A stretch of DNA of 33,466 nt, from contig JBCCEA010000038.1 in assembly GCA_039030515.1 (NCBI GenBank), forward strand, positions 1 to 33,466. The letters run 5' to 3'. The stretch's first letter is position 1; the number at the start of each line of letters is the position of its first letter. This document shows, in pieces, positions 1 through 8,571 of this stretch. The notes beneath the pieces were generated by a model, which ran no database searches, was not told where the DNA came from, and saw nothing but the letters and a program-made list of their open reading frames with translations. The stretch is from Myxococcota bacterium (lineage in GTDB: Bacteria > Myxococcota_A > Polyangia > Polyangiales > Houyiibacteriaceae). A program made the position numbers and the translations under genes.

Positions 1-17
1 CTGTTTAGGCCGACATA
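1..17 (+). repeat. Truncated right arm of a preceding copy of the hairpin repeat (runs off the window edge)
   Basis: ctgtttaggccgacata at 1-17 is identical to 124-140, the right arm of the element at 25-150. Confidence 0.7.
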
Positions 18-24
18 CGCCTAC

Positions 25-150
25 CCAGCGGGTCTAGGTTGGTCAAAACAGCGAGCGCCACCGAAGCGCAGGAGTGAAGGCGTACTTTGAGTACGTTGAG
101 CGACGAGCATCGGAGAAAAGCCGCTGTTTAGGCCGACATAGGCCCGCTGG
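25..150. repeat. ~126-bp hairpin (MITE/REP-like) repeat element
   Basis: Imperfect 29-bp terminal inverted repeats (ccagcgggtctaggttggtcaaaacagcg 25-53 / cgctgtttaggccgacataggcccgctgg 122-150); core gaagcgcaggagYgaaggcgtac-N5-gtacgttgagcgacgagcatcg shared with 16021-16146. Confidence 0.85.
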
Positions 151-700
151 AGGGTTTCCATTTGATAGAACAACCTACAGCCGGCAAAGTCTCGAATTCC
201 ACCGGTGCTCCAGTAAGGGCTTGACGCACTGCGTCTGCGAGATCCGTGCGTGTCACCTTAGAAGCATCACGCCAATGGTCGTCGATTCTACCGTTGTACA
301 CCAGGGTGCGATCCGGTCCGAAAACAAAGGGATCCGGGGTGCAAACCGCATGGTAGGATCGGGCCACCTGCTGCGTTCTGTCGATCAAATAGGGGAAGTT
401 GAACTGACGCTCCTTGGCCCTCACGACCATATTTTCGAAGGAATCTTCTGGATACCGTTCCGAGTCGTTCGGGTTGATCGCGACCAGGCGGAGTTGCTCC
501 GGCGCGTATTCGTTTTGAAGTGCGATCAATCGGTCTTCGGCAGCCTTAGCGTAGGGGCAGTGATTGCAGGTGAACAAAACGACGAGTACCGAAGACGAAG
601 CGAAATCATCAAGGCTCCACCATGCACCATCAGTACCCTCGAGCCGAAAACTCGGTGCCGAGGTTCCGACGCGCATCGATTCGTTGGAAACTGCCGTCAT
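128..700 (-). CDS. Thioredoxin-fold AhpC/TSA (PRX-like) redoxin
   Basis: GTSAPSFRL, CNHCPY, VAINPND, FNFPYLID, AVCTPDPF, YNGRIDD, GCSIKWK motifs; start taken at ATG 700 (ATG 676 is an alternative); longer 5' extension in the ORF track is unlikely. Confidence 0.9.
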   Translation of the reverse strand: MTAVSNESMRVGTSAPSFRLEGTDGAWWSLDDFASSSVLVVLFTCNHCPYAKAAEDRLIALQNEYAPEQLRLVAINPNDSERYPEDSFENMVVRAKERQFNFPYLIDRTQQVARSYHAVCTPDPFVFGPDRTLVYNGRIDDHWRDASKVTRTDLADAVRQALTGAPVEFETLPAVGCSIKWKPSSGPMSA

Positions 701-794
701 GCGATATCGGGGTAGCAGAGGTGACCACGATATCGCAAACATCTTTTGATGGCGACTTCGGTAAAACTGCCGGTAGAAGCGATTGGATTCGTTG

Positions 795-1283
795 ATGTCG
801 CCTAGGGAGGATCGCATCGTAAAAGGCAAACGCTGCGACCATGTAACGGAGAAACATGATGACTCGCCAGCACCTGGGAAGCGTGCGGCGAATCGAATCT
901 TCATCCTCTTGTTCGTCTCGCTGCAGCTGATCGTCCCTCTAACCTATTACGACCGCCAGGATCCCTACGATGAACGCTTCGCCTGGAGAATGTTTTCTGG
1001 AGTCCGCCTACATCGATGCGATACGCGTTTGACGGAGATCCACCAAAGCACGCGGTCGGTCGTGCCTCTGAAACGGGAGATCCACGCCGCTTGGATCCAT
1101 CATTTACGCAGAAATCGCAGTGCCGTGGTGCACGCCGTGCTGGCAAGCCGGTGTGTACACGGAGCTGAGACGGCGGAGCTCGAAAATCGCTGCGTCTCGG
1201 CTGCTGGAACACGACTCGAACCGCTGCACTATCGGATGGATTGCTTGAGCGGCCACGTAATCCGCGAAGGCAGCCTACCGTGA
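795..1283 (+). CDS. Small single-TM protein, partner of the downstream HTTM protein (resembles the C-terminal/lumenal part of VKGC-like proteins)
   Basis: Hydrophobic IFILLFVSLQLIVPLTYY followed by DERFAWRMFS; stop TGA 1281-1283 overlaps GTG 1280 of the next gene; start uncertain (783/795 or later). Confidence 0.7.
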   Translation: MSPREDRIVKGKRCDHVTEKHDDSPAPGKRAANRIFILLFVSLQLIVPLTYYDRQDPYDERFAWRMFSGVRLHRCDTRLTEIHQSTRSVVPLKREIHAAWIHHLRRNRSAVVHAVLASRCVHGAETAELENRCVSAAGTRLEPLHYRMDCLSGHVIREGSLP

Positions 1284-2782
1284 ACGCAAAAGAAGACCCC
1301 ATCGCGATGCGGCGAGCCTTTGATGCGTACTGGTACGGGCCTATCGCAGCAGTCCGTCCTTATCTCTTGGTCCGTGTGTTTTTAGCGCTGCTCGCCTTCG
1401 ATACCTGGATCGTCATGGTCCAACACGGAGGGCGCTATGGCATCGGTGGATTCAATGTCGCGCATTTCGAGATTCTAGACCTGATTCAACCTACGCCGAC
1501 GCCCGCGATCTATCTCGGCACCCTTTTTCTTTGCGGCATGCTCTCTATGGGGATGGTGCTCTACACTCCGACGCGATTTGGGCTGGCGACGGTAACCGCA
1601 ACCTACACCTATTCATGGTCGATGAGCATGCTCGACAGCTATCAGCACCACTACCTGCTGTCGCTGATGCTCCTTTCGATCACCTTGATGCCGATACAGC
1701 GACTCGAGGATGTGCTCCCGGAACCCCGGGTTTCGAAGGTTCAAGGCACTCGATCGACTCGGCGTGCGCCGCTACATATCGAAGCTTGGGGTTTTGTATC
1801 CGTCTGCTGCACAAGCTCTATCGTCTATTTCTACACTGCCGTCACGAAGATGGAGCCCGACTGGCGAGCAGGAAACGCGCTGCGCCGGCTGTTGAGTCAG
1901 CATCAAAACGCCTTCGAACTGCAACACGGGCTTGGACTCTCTGCCGAGTTTTTTTGGCCTCTCATGGCAGCTTCAGCTATCGCGCTGCAGCTGGTAATCG
2001 GCCTTGCGTATGTGCTGGCTCCGCTTCAGGACCGGTGCTCAAACTCGCCAAACCTTCGTTGGCTGCATCGCACCCTGCCTTGGTTCGGTGTTCCTGCGCT
2101 GCTTTTTCACGCCGGCGTCGAAGCGATGGAGCTCGAACTCGGCTGGTTCAGCTACTACATGTTTGCCCTGATCGCGGTCGCGTTTCTGCCCGCGAGGTGG
2201 CTTGAGTCCACACTCCGATGGAGCTCTTTTCCGTATCGGTTCTTTCGCGTTTCGGTGGTAGGCGCGACCGCCCAGACATCCGACAAAGAACCTTTGGTGG
2301 TCGACCTCGCGGTGAGTGCGTTGTCGGTGGGGGTGACCGCACTTCTTGGCGCTCAATTAGACCTGCCGGGGGCCGGAACAGCCAGCCTTCTCGCGGCCCT
2401 GCTGGTGTTCTTTCAAGCGTGGATAGTACGCCTATCCCGAGACAAGCGAAGTAGGCGTAACAAAAGAATCAGCACGCGGGCGCTAGAGCTGTCACCGGTA
2501 CTCGCGGCGCTGTTTATGTTTTGCGCGATCTGGTGCAGCGACGTGAGGTTCGACTACTACCGTTTCGTGGGCGGGGACCTGCGTCGTCGGGGCGACCTCG
2601 AAGCCTCTCTTGATGCCTATGTGAAAGCCAATCGCTATGCTCCGAGGAGCTGCGATGCTTTGCATGATGAGTCGCTTCCTCCCGCCAAACGTCGGTGCGA
2701 TCGGCGAAGGGAAGCGGCGGCCGTAGCCCGGTCGATCCGGACAAACAACCGCTTGCGTGCGCCGTTACCGGGAGTTCAGTAG
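1280..2782 (+). CDS. HTTM domain / vitamin K-dependent gamma-carboxylase-like membrane protein with C-terminal TPR-like helix pair
   Basis: Multiple TM segments; SYQHHYL, YFYTAVTKMEPDWRAG, FHAGVE..LGWFSYYM motifs typical of HTTM proteins; C-terminal GGDLRRRGDLEASLDAYVKA; GTGA overlap start (ATG 1307 alternative). Confidence 0.8.
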   Translation: MNAKEDPIAMRRAFDAYWYGPIAAVRPYLLVRVFLALLAFDTWIVMVQHGGRYGIGGFNVAHFEILDLIQPTPTPAIYLGTLFLCGMLSMGMVLYTPTRFGLATVTATYTYSWSMSMLDSYQHHYLLSLMLLSITLMPIQRLEDVLPEPRVSKVQGTRSTRRAPLHIEAWGFVSVCCTSSIVYFYTAVTKMEPDWRAGNALRRLLSQHQNAFELQHGLGLSAEFFWPLMAASAIALQLVIGLAYVLAPLQDRCSNSPNLRWLHRTLPWFGVPALLFHAGVEAMELELGWFSYYMFALIAVAFLPARWLESTLRWSSFPYRFFRVSVVGATAQTSDKEPLVVDLAVSALSVGVTALLGAQLDLPGAGTASLLAALLVFFQAWIVRLSRDKRSRRNKRISTRALELSPVLAALFMFCAIWCSDVRFDYYRFVGGDLRRRGDLEASLDAYVKANRYAPRSCDALHDESLPPAKRRCDRRREAAAVARSIRTNNRLRAPLPGVQ

Positions 2783-2827
2783 CGTGCTAGCTTCTCTAAA
2801 CCTGAGTCTTGGGTCTACAAAAAGAGA

Positions 2828-2992
2828 CTAGCCTTTGGAAATGCGACCCTGCTTGTGAAGTCGGTGCCCCCGACATTTTGCATGCGAGCAGTACTTCTTT
2901 TTTGAAATCTTTTTCGCACTCTTCTTATCCCAAGTGGTCACGTAGTTGTCTCGACCGCAGTCGGGACAGGTGAGTTTGACGACATCCCTCAT
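2828..2992 (-). CDS. rpmG: 50S ribosomal protein L33 (Zn-binding C+ type)
   Basis: MRDVVKLTCPDCGRDNYVT..K..KKKYC....CRGHRLHK, 54 aa; AAGGAG SD on minus strand at 3001-3006. Confidence 0.9.
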   Translation of the reverse strand: MRDVVKLTCPDCGRDNYVTTWDKKSAKKISKKKYCSHAKCRGHRLHKQGRISKG

Positions 2993-3083
2993 GGGGTAAG
3001 CTCCTTGATTTGACCGACGAATCTGGATGATAAGCAGGCCATGAACCGATCTAGAGAGCAGCTCATGACGAATTGAACCCGCC

Positions 3084-3111
3084 AAGCTAGCGAGATACTG
3101 AGCGAGGTCAA
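3084..3111 (-). promoter_or_regulatory. Putative sigma70-type promoter for rpmG
   Basis: Minus strand TTGACC-N16-TAGCTT, same layout as the promoter at 24663-24690. Confidence 0.5.
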
Positions 3112-3198
3112 GCTTCCTTTAGGCTTTAGGGCAAATCGATGGGTAGTGAAGCACAAAACGATCGTTGAGTCGGCCCCTCCGTTGAATCGGCCCGTGGC

Positions 3199-5763
3199 TT
3201 ACGGAGACTGGATCACGATCGCCTCGCTTGAGCCGGTCGCACCCGATCCCCCCGCTGCCGAGGGAGACGAACCTGCAGCACCACCGAGCCCGGCCACCCC
3301 GGTTTCTTCCACGACAATCTCCGCCTCTACCGCCGATAGGTAAGCAGAGGACCCGGTTCCTGCAAGGAAGATCCCGTGGCTACCACCACCGCATCCGCCG
3401 CCGCCGCCGCCGCCGCTTCCGCCGCTTCCGCCATCACCGCCTCGACCTCCATTTCGGGAGCAGAAAAACTCGACAGTCCCGCCGTTACCTCCGCTGCCCC
3501 CGGCGCCACCGCTCGCTCCTGCGCCACCGTCTCCCCCAGCGCCGCCACTCGCGGTCAGAATCCGCACCTCGTCGAAACTCGGACCCGACAAATTGAGTAG
3601 ACGGATCGACACACCGACCGAGGAACCTCCACCTCGACCGGCCTCTGCACCGGGAGCCCCGCACCCCCCAGCGCCACCTCCTCCGCCTGAGCCACCGGAA
3701 CGATCAAAGCAGGTAGGAAATGTGCCGCCGATAACCGAGTACCCCGCACCTCCCGTGCCGCCTCCTCCACCTGAACCGACGGTGCCGCCCGTACCGCTTG
3801 TACCGTTCGATGCGCGAACGCGTCCGGAGGAAAAATCGATCTGGGGGGGCGCAGCGCATCCCGCGCCAGAGGCGCCATCTTGACCATTCCCGCCGTCTTC
3901 ACCATCGTCGCCGATGCGCCGAAGTGAGGGATTGTCGTCACAAAAATTGCAGGTCCCTCGATTTGTGGGCGCGCTGTACGTGACTTCACCCGCAAGCCCG
4001 GGAGCAGGCCCTCTACCGTCGGCGGCGGCCGGATTGCTCACGGCAGTTGCGAGAGCCGCATCGAGATCACAGACGCCGTCCACCGTATAGTCGGTGCATC
4101 CCGCGTTGCCGCAGGGACTTCCATTGACGCAGCCAAGGTTGGGGCAGTCTGCGAATCCTCCGTCGCCACCACCCACATCGACACCTCCGCAGGACTTTGA
4201 GCCGCCTACGCCGGACATCACCGGTGCGCAGAAACTTCCGGACGGAGTACCGGGACGTCCTGAAGCGCCGTCTGGACCGTCGAGCTCAGCCAAGGAGGTG
4301 AACCCCAGCGCTCCGAGGTTTTCTGCGGAGCTGCTGCCTCGCAAACCGTCGGCACCGCGTCCTGCCTGAACGACCAAGGAACCAAAGAGCACCGCGTCTG
4401 AGCAACCGTCGCTGTAGACCGTAGTGCTTCCTTCCCCGGGGATAGACGCATCGCTACCGATAATGAGAAAGCCGTCAAGCTGGGTCGCCGAGGTGATCGA
4501 GGTGCACAACACCACCGGAGCCCCCGGATCGGCGCTGTATTCGAGGGCGGTCGGATAGAGATCGAGATCGCGATCTCGAAAGTCCGTCCGATAACCACCG
4601 AATACGGAAACTCCGGCAACGAGGGAAAGTTGCTCATCGTAGATGCCGCGAGCTACGAGCACATCTCGACCGCTCGCTTGACCCCGTGAAACCGCCGCCC
4701 CCAGAGTTCGCATTGGCGAGGCCAAGGTGCCGGGATTGCCGTCGCTGCCTGAAGTGGAAACGTAAATGAAGCTGTCGTCATCGTCGACAACGCCATCACA
4801 GTCGAGGTCGCCGGTCCCTATTGGAGGCGCGCCCTGCCCGTCGAAACGCTCGCATTCACAACCGTTGGATTCAAAACCATCGACATCGATGAATCCGTCG
4901 AGACACGTGATCGAGCAAATAACGCCGCTTGGGTCAGACCCACCCGAATCTGCGAGGCACTCAGCCAAGGTGTTGGGACCAGGCTCTACACAGGGTCGAC
5001 CACAGGCACCGCAGTGCGCTGCACTGATATAGCTGCCCGAAGCGTCCACAAAAGACTCGTCGATCGAGCCGTCACAATCGTCATCCTGACCGTTGCATGC
5101 TTCGACGAGCGCCGCCTCACATGGACCCAGTCCCTTCTTGCCGCAAGAGCGAACGCCGGCGCAGGTCCGGTCACCTGAGGAAAACAAACAAGCAAAGCTC
5201 GCTCCAAGCGTCTCTGCGACGCACAAACACGCACCATTGTCGGGCTGGCACAACCCCTCGGTCGGATTGCAAGAAAATCCGGGATCGCATCCTTCGCCAC
5301 AAGGCGGCAAACAGCGGAGCTCACCACCCACGCTCTCACATCGGGAGCCGCTAAGCCGAAGGTCACAATCCTCATCCTGCGTGCAAGGCAAACAGGTGGG
5401 CACAACCTCGGGCGCGCAGGATCCGGCTCCGGAGCGACGAAATCCAGCGGGACACGACACAAGCACACATCCAGGAGTCCCCTCGCCGTCTAATTGGCAG
5501 GCAGTTTCTTCAGCGGTGGGGAACACCTCGCTACAGCGAACTCCGCAACCTCCACAGTGTGCGACGTCGGTGTAGCGCTCCTCCTCATCTCGAAAGTTCT
5601 CGTCCACCCGATCGTCACAGTCGTTGTCCAGGTAGTCACACGATTCTTCTCCGCCGCAGAGCACGCTTTCATGACACCCCGTACTCCACATCGGCACCAT
5701 GACACAGAGGAACAGCCCAACCGTGCCCCAGCGTGACCACATCCAATTCCAGCGCAGCCGCAT
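3199..5763 (-). CDS. Large Cys/Asp-rich lipoprotein: MopE-like CDxxDNDCDGxxDE repeats, DUF1565/beta-helix-like domain, Gly-rich C-terminus (paralog 2)
   Basis: Signal with lipobox STGC after ATG 5763 (ATG 5742 alternative); CDYLDNDCDDRVDE, CNGQDDDCDGSIDE, HCGGCGVRC; IYVSTSGSDGNPGTLASPMRTL..VLVARGIY; long GGxGG tracts. The ORF-track extension to 6366 overlaps the upstream paralog in another frame. Confidence 0.85.
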   Translation of the reverse strand: MRLRWNWMWSRWGTVGLFLCVMVPMWSTGCHESVLCGGEESCDYLDNDCDDRVDENFRDEEERYTDVAHCGGCGVRCSEVFPTAEETACQLDGEGTPGCVLVSCPAGFRRSGAGSCAPEVVPTCLPCTQDEDCDLRLSGSRCESVGGELRCLPPCGEGCDPGFSCNPTEGLCQPDNGACLCVAETLGASFACLFSSGDRTCAGVRSCGKKGLGPCEAALVEACNGQDDDCDGSIDESFVDASGSYISAAHCGACGRPCVEPGPNTLAECLADSGGSDPSGVICSITCLDGFIDVDGFESNGCECERFDGQGAPPIGTGDLDCDGVVDDDDSFIYVSTSGSDGNPGTLASPMRTLGAAVSRGQASGRDVLVARGIYDEQLSLVAGVSVFGGYRTDFRDRDLDLYPTALEYSADPGAPVVLCTSITSATQLDGFLIIGSDASIPGEGSTTVYSDGCSDAVLFGSLVVQAGRGADGLRGSSSAENLGALGFTSLAELDGPDGASGRPGTPSGSFCAPVMSGVGGSKSCGGVDVGGGDGGFADCPNLGCVNGSPCGNAGCTDYTVDGVCDLDAALATAVSNPAAADGRGPAPGLAGEVTYSAPTNRGTCNFCDDNPSLRRIGDDGEDGGNGQDGASGAGCAAPPQIDFSSGRVRASNGTSGTGGTVGSGGGGGTGGAGYSVIGGTFPTCFDRSGGSGGGGGAGGCGAPGAEAGRGGGSSVGVSIRLLNLSGPSFDEVRILTASGGAGGDGGAGASGGAGGSGGNGGTVEFFCSRNGGRGGDGGSGGSGGGGGGGCGGGSHGIFLAGTGSSAYLSAVEAEIVVEETGVAGLGGAAGSSPSAAGGSGATGSSEAIVIQSP

Positions 5764-5818
5764 CAAACTCTGAAAAGACAAACCACCGGCCGGCCGTGCG
5801 AACGAAGCGCGTCTCCTC

Positions 5819-8410
5819 TTAGCGAAGTACAACGTCGACCGCCTCCCCTTGGCGACCGGGGTCGGCCGTGATGCCGCCTCCGCCACCGGATCCAGCAGCG
5901 CCGCCGGCCCCAAGCGAGAATAGATTTTGTGTTCGAAGTCGGTCGACGTCGGCGCCCGAAAACGCTCCGCTAAGCCAGACCCCGATCGAAGAGCCACCGC
6001 AGCCGCCTCCGCCACCACCGCCGGGCCCGCCAGTGCCTCCCTGTCCGCCCCGTCCGCCGGGAAACGGCGCCGCCAAGTTGGGGGTCGCGCGAAGCTCGCG
6101 AGGTAGCGCTCCTCCAAATCCGCCGGATCCTCCCAGAGCGCCATCGCCTCCCACGCCTCCAGGACCACCGCGGCCACCAGATCGGGGTGAGAACACGATC
6201 CCTGCAATATCCGGCAACGCTGGTGAAGACGCCGAGGAAGAAACGACGAGCGCCACTGAAGGGCCACCACTGATCCCCGCACTTCCAGCGCCTCCGCCGC
6301 AGCCACCTGCGCCACCGCCGCCGCCGCCGCCGCCCAAACCGTCAGCGAACTCGCAAACACCTCCAACCCAGATCATTTCGGTGCCGCCACCTCCTCCTCC
6401 TCCTCCGCCGCCGCCGCCTGCAGCTCCGGCGAGTCCTGACTCCGCCGGTCCAGCAACCCAGCTGAGATCATTCAGCGTCCCCAGGGGATCCGCGCAGCCG
6501 GCACCGGCGCGACCCGCCGCACCATCCTGACCTGCGCTACCGTTTTGCGGCCCTTGAAAATTGGTCGGAACCGTAAAATCCGCTAAACCGCAGCACACCC
6601 TAGCCGGAGGTGGACAGCTGGGGCCTGAGATCGGCCCTGTCGAGTCCTGTCCGCCAGTGCCCCCAAAGCCGCCAACTGCCGACCCCGCCGATCGACCTGC
6701 GCCGCCCGCAGGCTGAAAGGCAGCAAAATCGGGGCACGCGGGAGCACCACCGCCGCCTCCGGAGACGTCGATACTGCTGCAGGTGTTTTGGCCGCCGACG
6801 CCGCCAGCAACCGTGTTCACGTCTCCAGCGATGCACTCCCGAGCCGCATTTTCTATCGCCTCTCGAGGGACGTCCCCGTCTTCAGCCAAGCCGGTTGGTG
6901 ACGCCCCAGCCGCACCGTCGTCGCCCCCGATTCCAGCGCCGCCCACTCCAGCCGAAACGCGCAACTCGACAAGCGCAAGCTGAGGACCCGGATCGAGTAC
7001 GACTATGCCGTACGCAGCCTCAGAAGGGGCGATGGCGTCACGACCGCGAATCGAAAGCCATCGAAGCACGGTGGGAGTGACTCCTGCATCTTCGAGCACC
7101 AAAGCAGCTCCGCCGGGAGCATCCGTCTCGGTAGGTGCACGCAGCTCAGTCTGGAACGCTGTCGGATCGAGACTGAGGAAGTCGGAACGATAGCCACCGT
7201 AAAGCGCCACCCCGTCCGGCATCGAGACCGTTTCCGCGTAGGAACCGGACGCTACGTAGATGGATCGACGAGGGAGATCGGTGGTCAGCGAAGCCGATGC
7301 ACTATCGACAGCATGTTGGAGCGTACGAAAAGGCCGGGTGGGCGACCCCGGATTGAGGTCGTCACCAAAGGCGGCGACGTAGTAGCTTCGGAGAACTTCA
7401 CCTTCTGCACCGTCGCAATTGGTGTCGAGTACTTCACCGGAAGCGCCGACGGGTCCGGGAAGATCCACCTCACTGCTGAACACACACTCACAGCCGTTGG
7501 CGAGTGATCGGTCCGCGTCAATTCGATCTCCAAGGTCCAATCCGTCCAAAGCGTCTGGACAAAGCAGCACACAACTCGGGTCCGCCGGGTCTCCACCGCA
7601 GACCAAGTCTTGACCTCCGGAATTGAGCTGGGCGCAGGCGATCCCGCAGCGTCCGCAATGCTCGACGGTGTCGTATATGCCGGACGGGTTTACAAAGTCT
7701 TCATCGACGAGACCGTCGCAATCATTGTCCGTAAGGTCACATGTCTCTTCGGGCGCGATGCATTCCGAAAGCACACCGTCGGTGCAAGACGCGGCTCCCG
7801 CGCAAAGATTGCCCTCTGGATCTGATAGGGCGCAAGCGAGGTCGAATTGCTGCCCAGGTTCACAAGAACAACTCATCCCGAGTGGCACACATCGTTCTTC
7901 AATGCAGTCGTAACCCGAGGGACACCCCGCCGCACAGCCGATCGTGCAGCGCAACTCTCCGGCAAGCTCGGAACATTCGGCCGAGACGCCATCACCGCAA
8001 CTACCTGTATTCACGCAAGGAAAACACAGACGTTCGTACGCAGAGACGCAACGACCCGTAGTCGACACCTCGAAGCCCGGTTCACAGTCCGCGGCAACAC
8101 AGTTCGGCGAATTTTCTACGATCGCGCACAAGGGGTCTCCCAGGGAGTTGGGCAGAGGCACGCACTCTTGACCACATCCGCCACAATGCTCGCTCGTCAG
8201 GTAGCGTCCCTGTCCGTCGCGGAAGTCCTCGTCTACGTTGCCGTCCAAATCCTGATCGAGCCCATCACATCGCTCCGCTTCGGGTAAGGGCGTCTCGGAG
8301 GGGCCCCCATCTACCTCCTCGGTCACGACAGATCGGCCACCGCACCCCAACCACAGGCTGGTGAGTGCAAGTAGTAGGCGAGTCTGCCGAGGGAAAGCCA
8401 AGATGCTCAA
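5819..8410 (-). CDS. Large Cys/Asp-rich lipoprotein, same architecture as the downstream paralog (paralog 1)
   Basis: Lipobox WLGC; CDGLDQDLDGNVDE, CDLTDNDCDGLVDE, HCGGCGQEC; YYVAAFGDDLNPGSPTRPFRTLQHAV..IYVASGSY..GVALYGGY; polyglycine runs. Confidence 0.85.
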   Translation of the reverse strand: MSILAFPRQTRLLLALTSLWLGCGGRSVVTEEVDGGPSETPLPEAERCDGLDQDLDGNVDEDFRDGQGRYLTSEHCGGCGQECVPLPNSLGDPLCAIVENSPNCVAADCEPGFEVSTTGRCVSAYERLCFPCVNTGSCGDGVSAECSELAGELRCTIGCAAGCPSGYDCIEERCVPLGMSCSCEPGQQFDLACALSDPEGNLCAGAASCTDGVLSECIAPEETCDLTDNDCDGLVDEDFVNPSGIYDTVEHCGRCGIACAQLNSGGQDLVCGGDPADPSCVLLCPDALDGLDLGDRIDADRSLANGCECVFSSEVDLPGPVGASGEVLDTNCDGAEGEVLRSYYVAAFGDDLNPGSPTRPFRTLQHAVDSASASLTTDLPRRSIYVASGSYAETVSMPDGVALYGGYRSDFLSLDPTAFQTELRAPTETDAPGGAALVLEDAGVTPTVLRWLSIRGRDAIAPSEAAYGIVVLDPGPQLALVELRVSAGVGGAGIGGDDGAAGASPTGLAEDGDVPREAIENAARECIAGDVNTVAGGVGGQNTCSSIDVSGGGGGAPACPDFAAFQPAGGAGRSAGSAVGGFGGTGGQDSTGPISGPSCPPPARVCCGLADFTVPTNFQGPQNGSAGQDGAAGRAGAGCADPLGTLNDLSWVAGPAESGLAGAAGGGGGGGGGGGGTEMIWVGGVCEFADGLGGGGGGGGAGGCGGGAGSAGISGGPSVALVVSSSASSPALPDIAGIVFSPRSGGRGGPGGVGGDGALGGSGGFGGALPRELRATPNLAAPFPGGRGGQGGTGGPGGGGGGGCGGSSIGVWLSGAFSGADVDRLRTQNLFSLGAGGAAGSGGGGGITADPGRQGEAVDVVLR

Positions 8411-8571
8411 GGAATTAAAAGCATAACCAATTGAGGCGAAGTTGCACCTCTTACAGCGCGCATCAAGGAGTTTACCCCCTCACTGGTGAAGGAAGCGTGC
8501 GCGCACCCGAGGCGGCGATCCAGCACGGGTGAGAGGGATGCAGGTTTAAGCAAATTCGGACGTTGGTTGGT

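Noticed and set aside
74..715. 213-aa + strand ORF
   Set aside because: Antisense shadow of the redoxin gene, starting inside the repeat
5764..6366. N-terminal 200 aa of the 1055-aa ORF (possible fusion or frameshift between paralogs)
   Set aside because: Alternative frame of the stop-poor Gly-rich tail of the upstream paralog; the downstream gene has its own signal peptide and lipobox
5868..6530. Polyproline ORF
   Set aside because: Reverse complement of polyglycine codons
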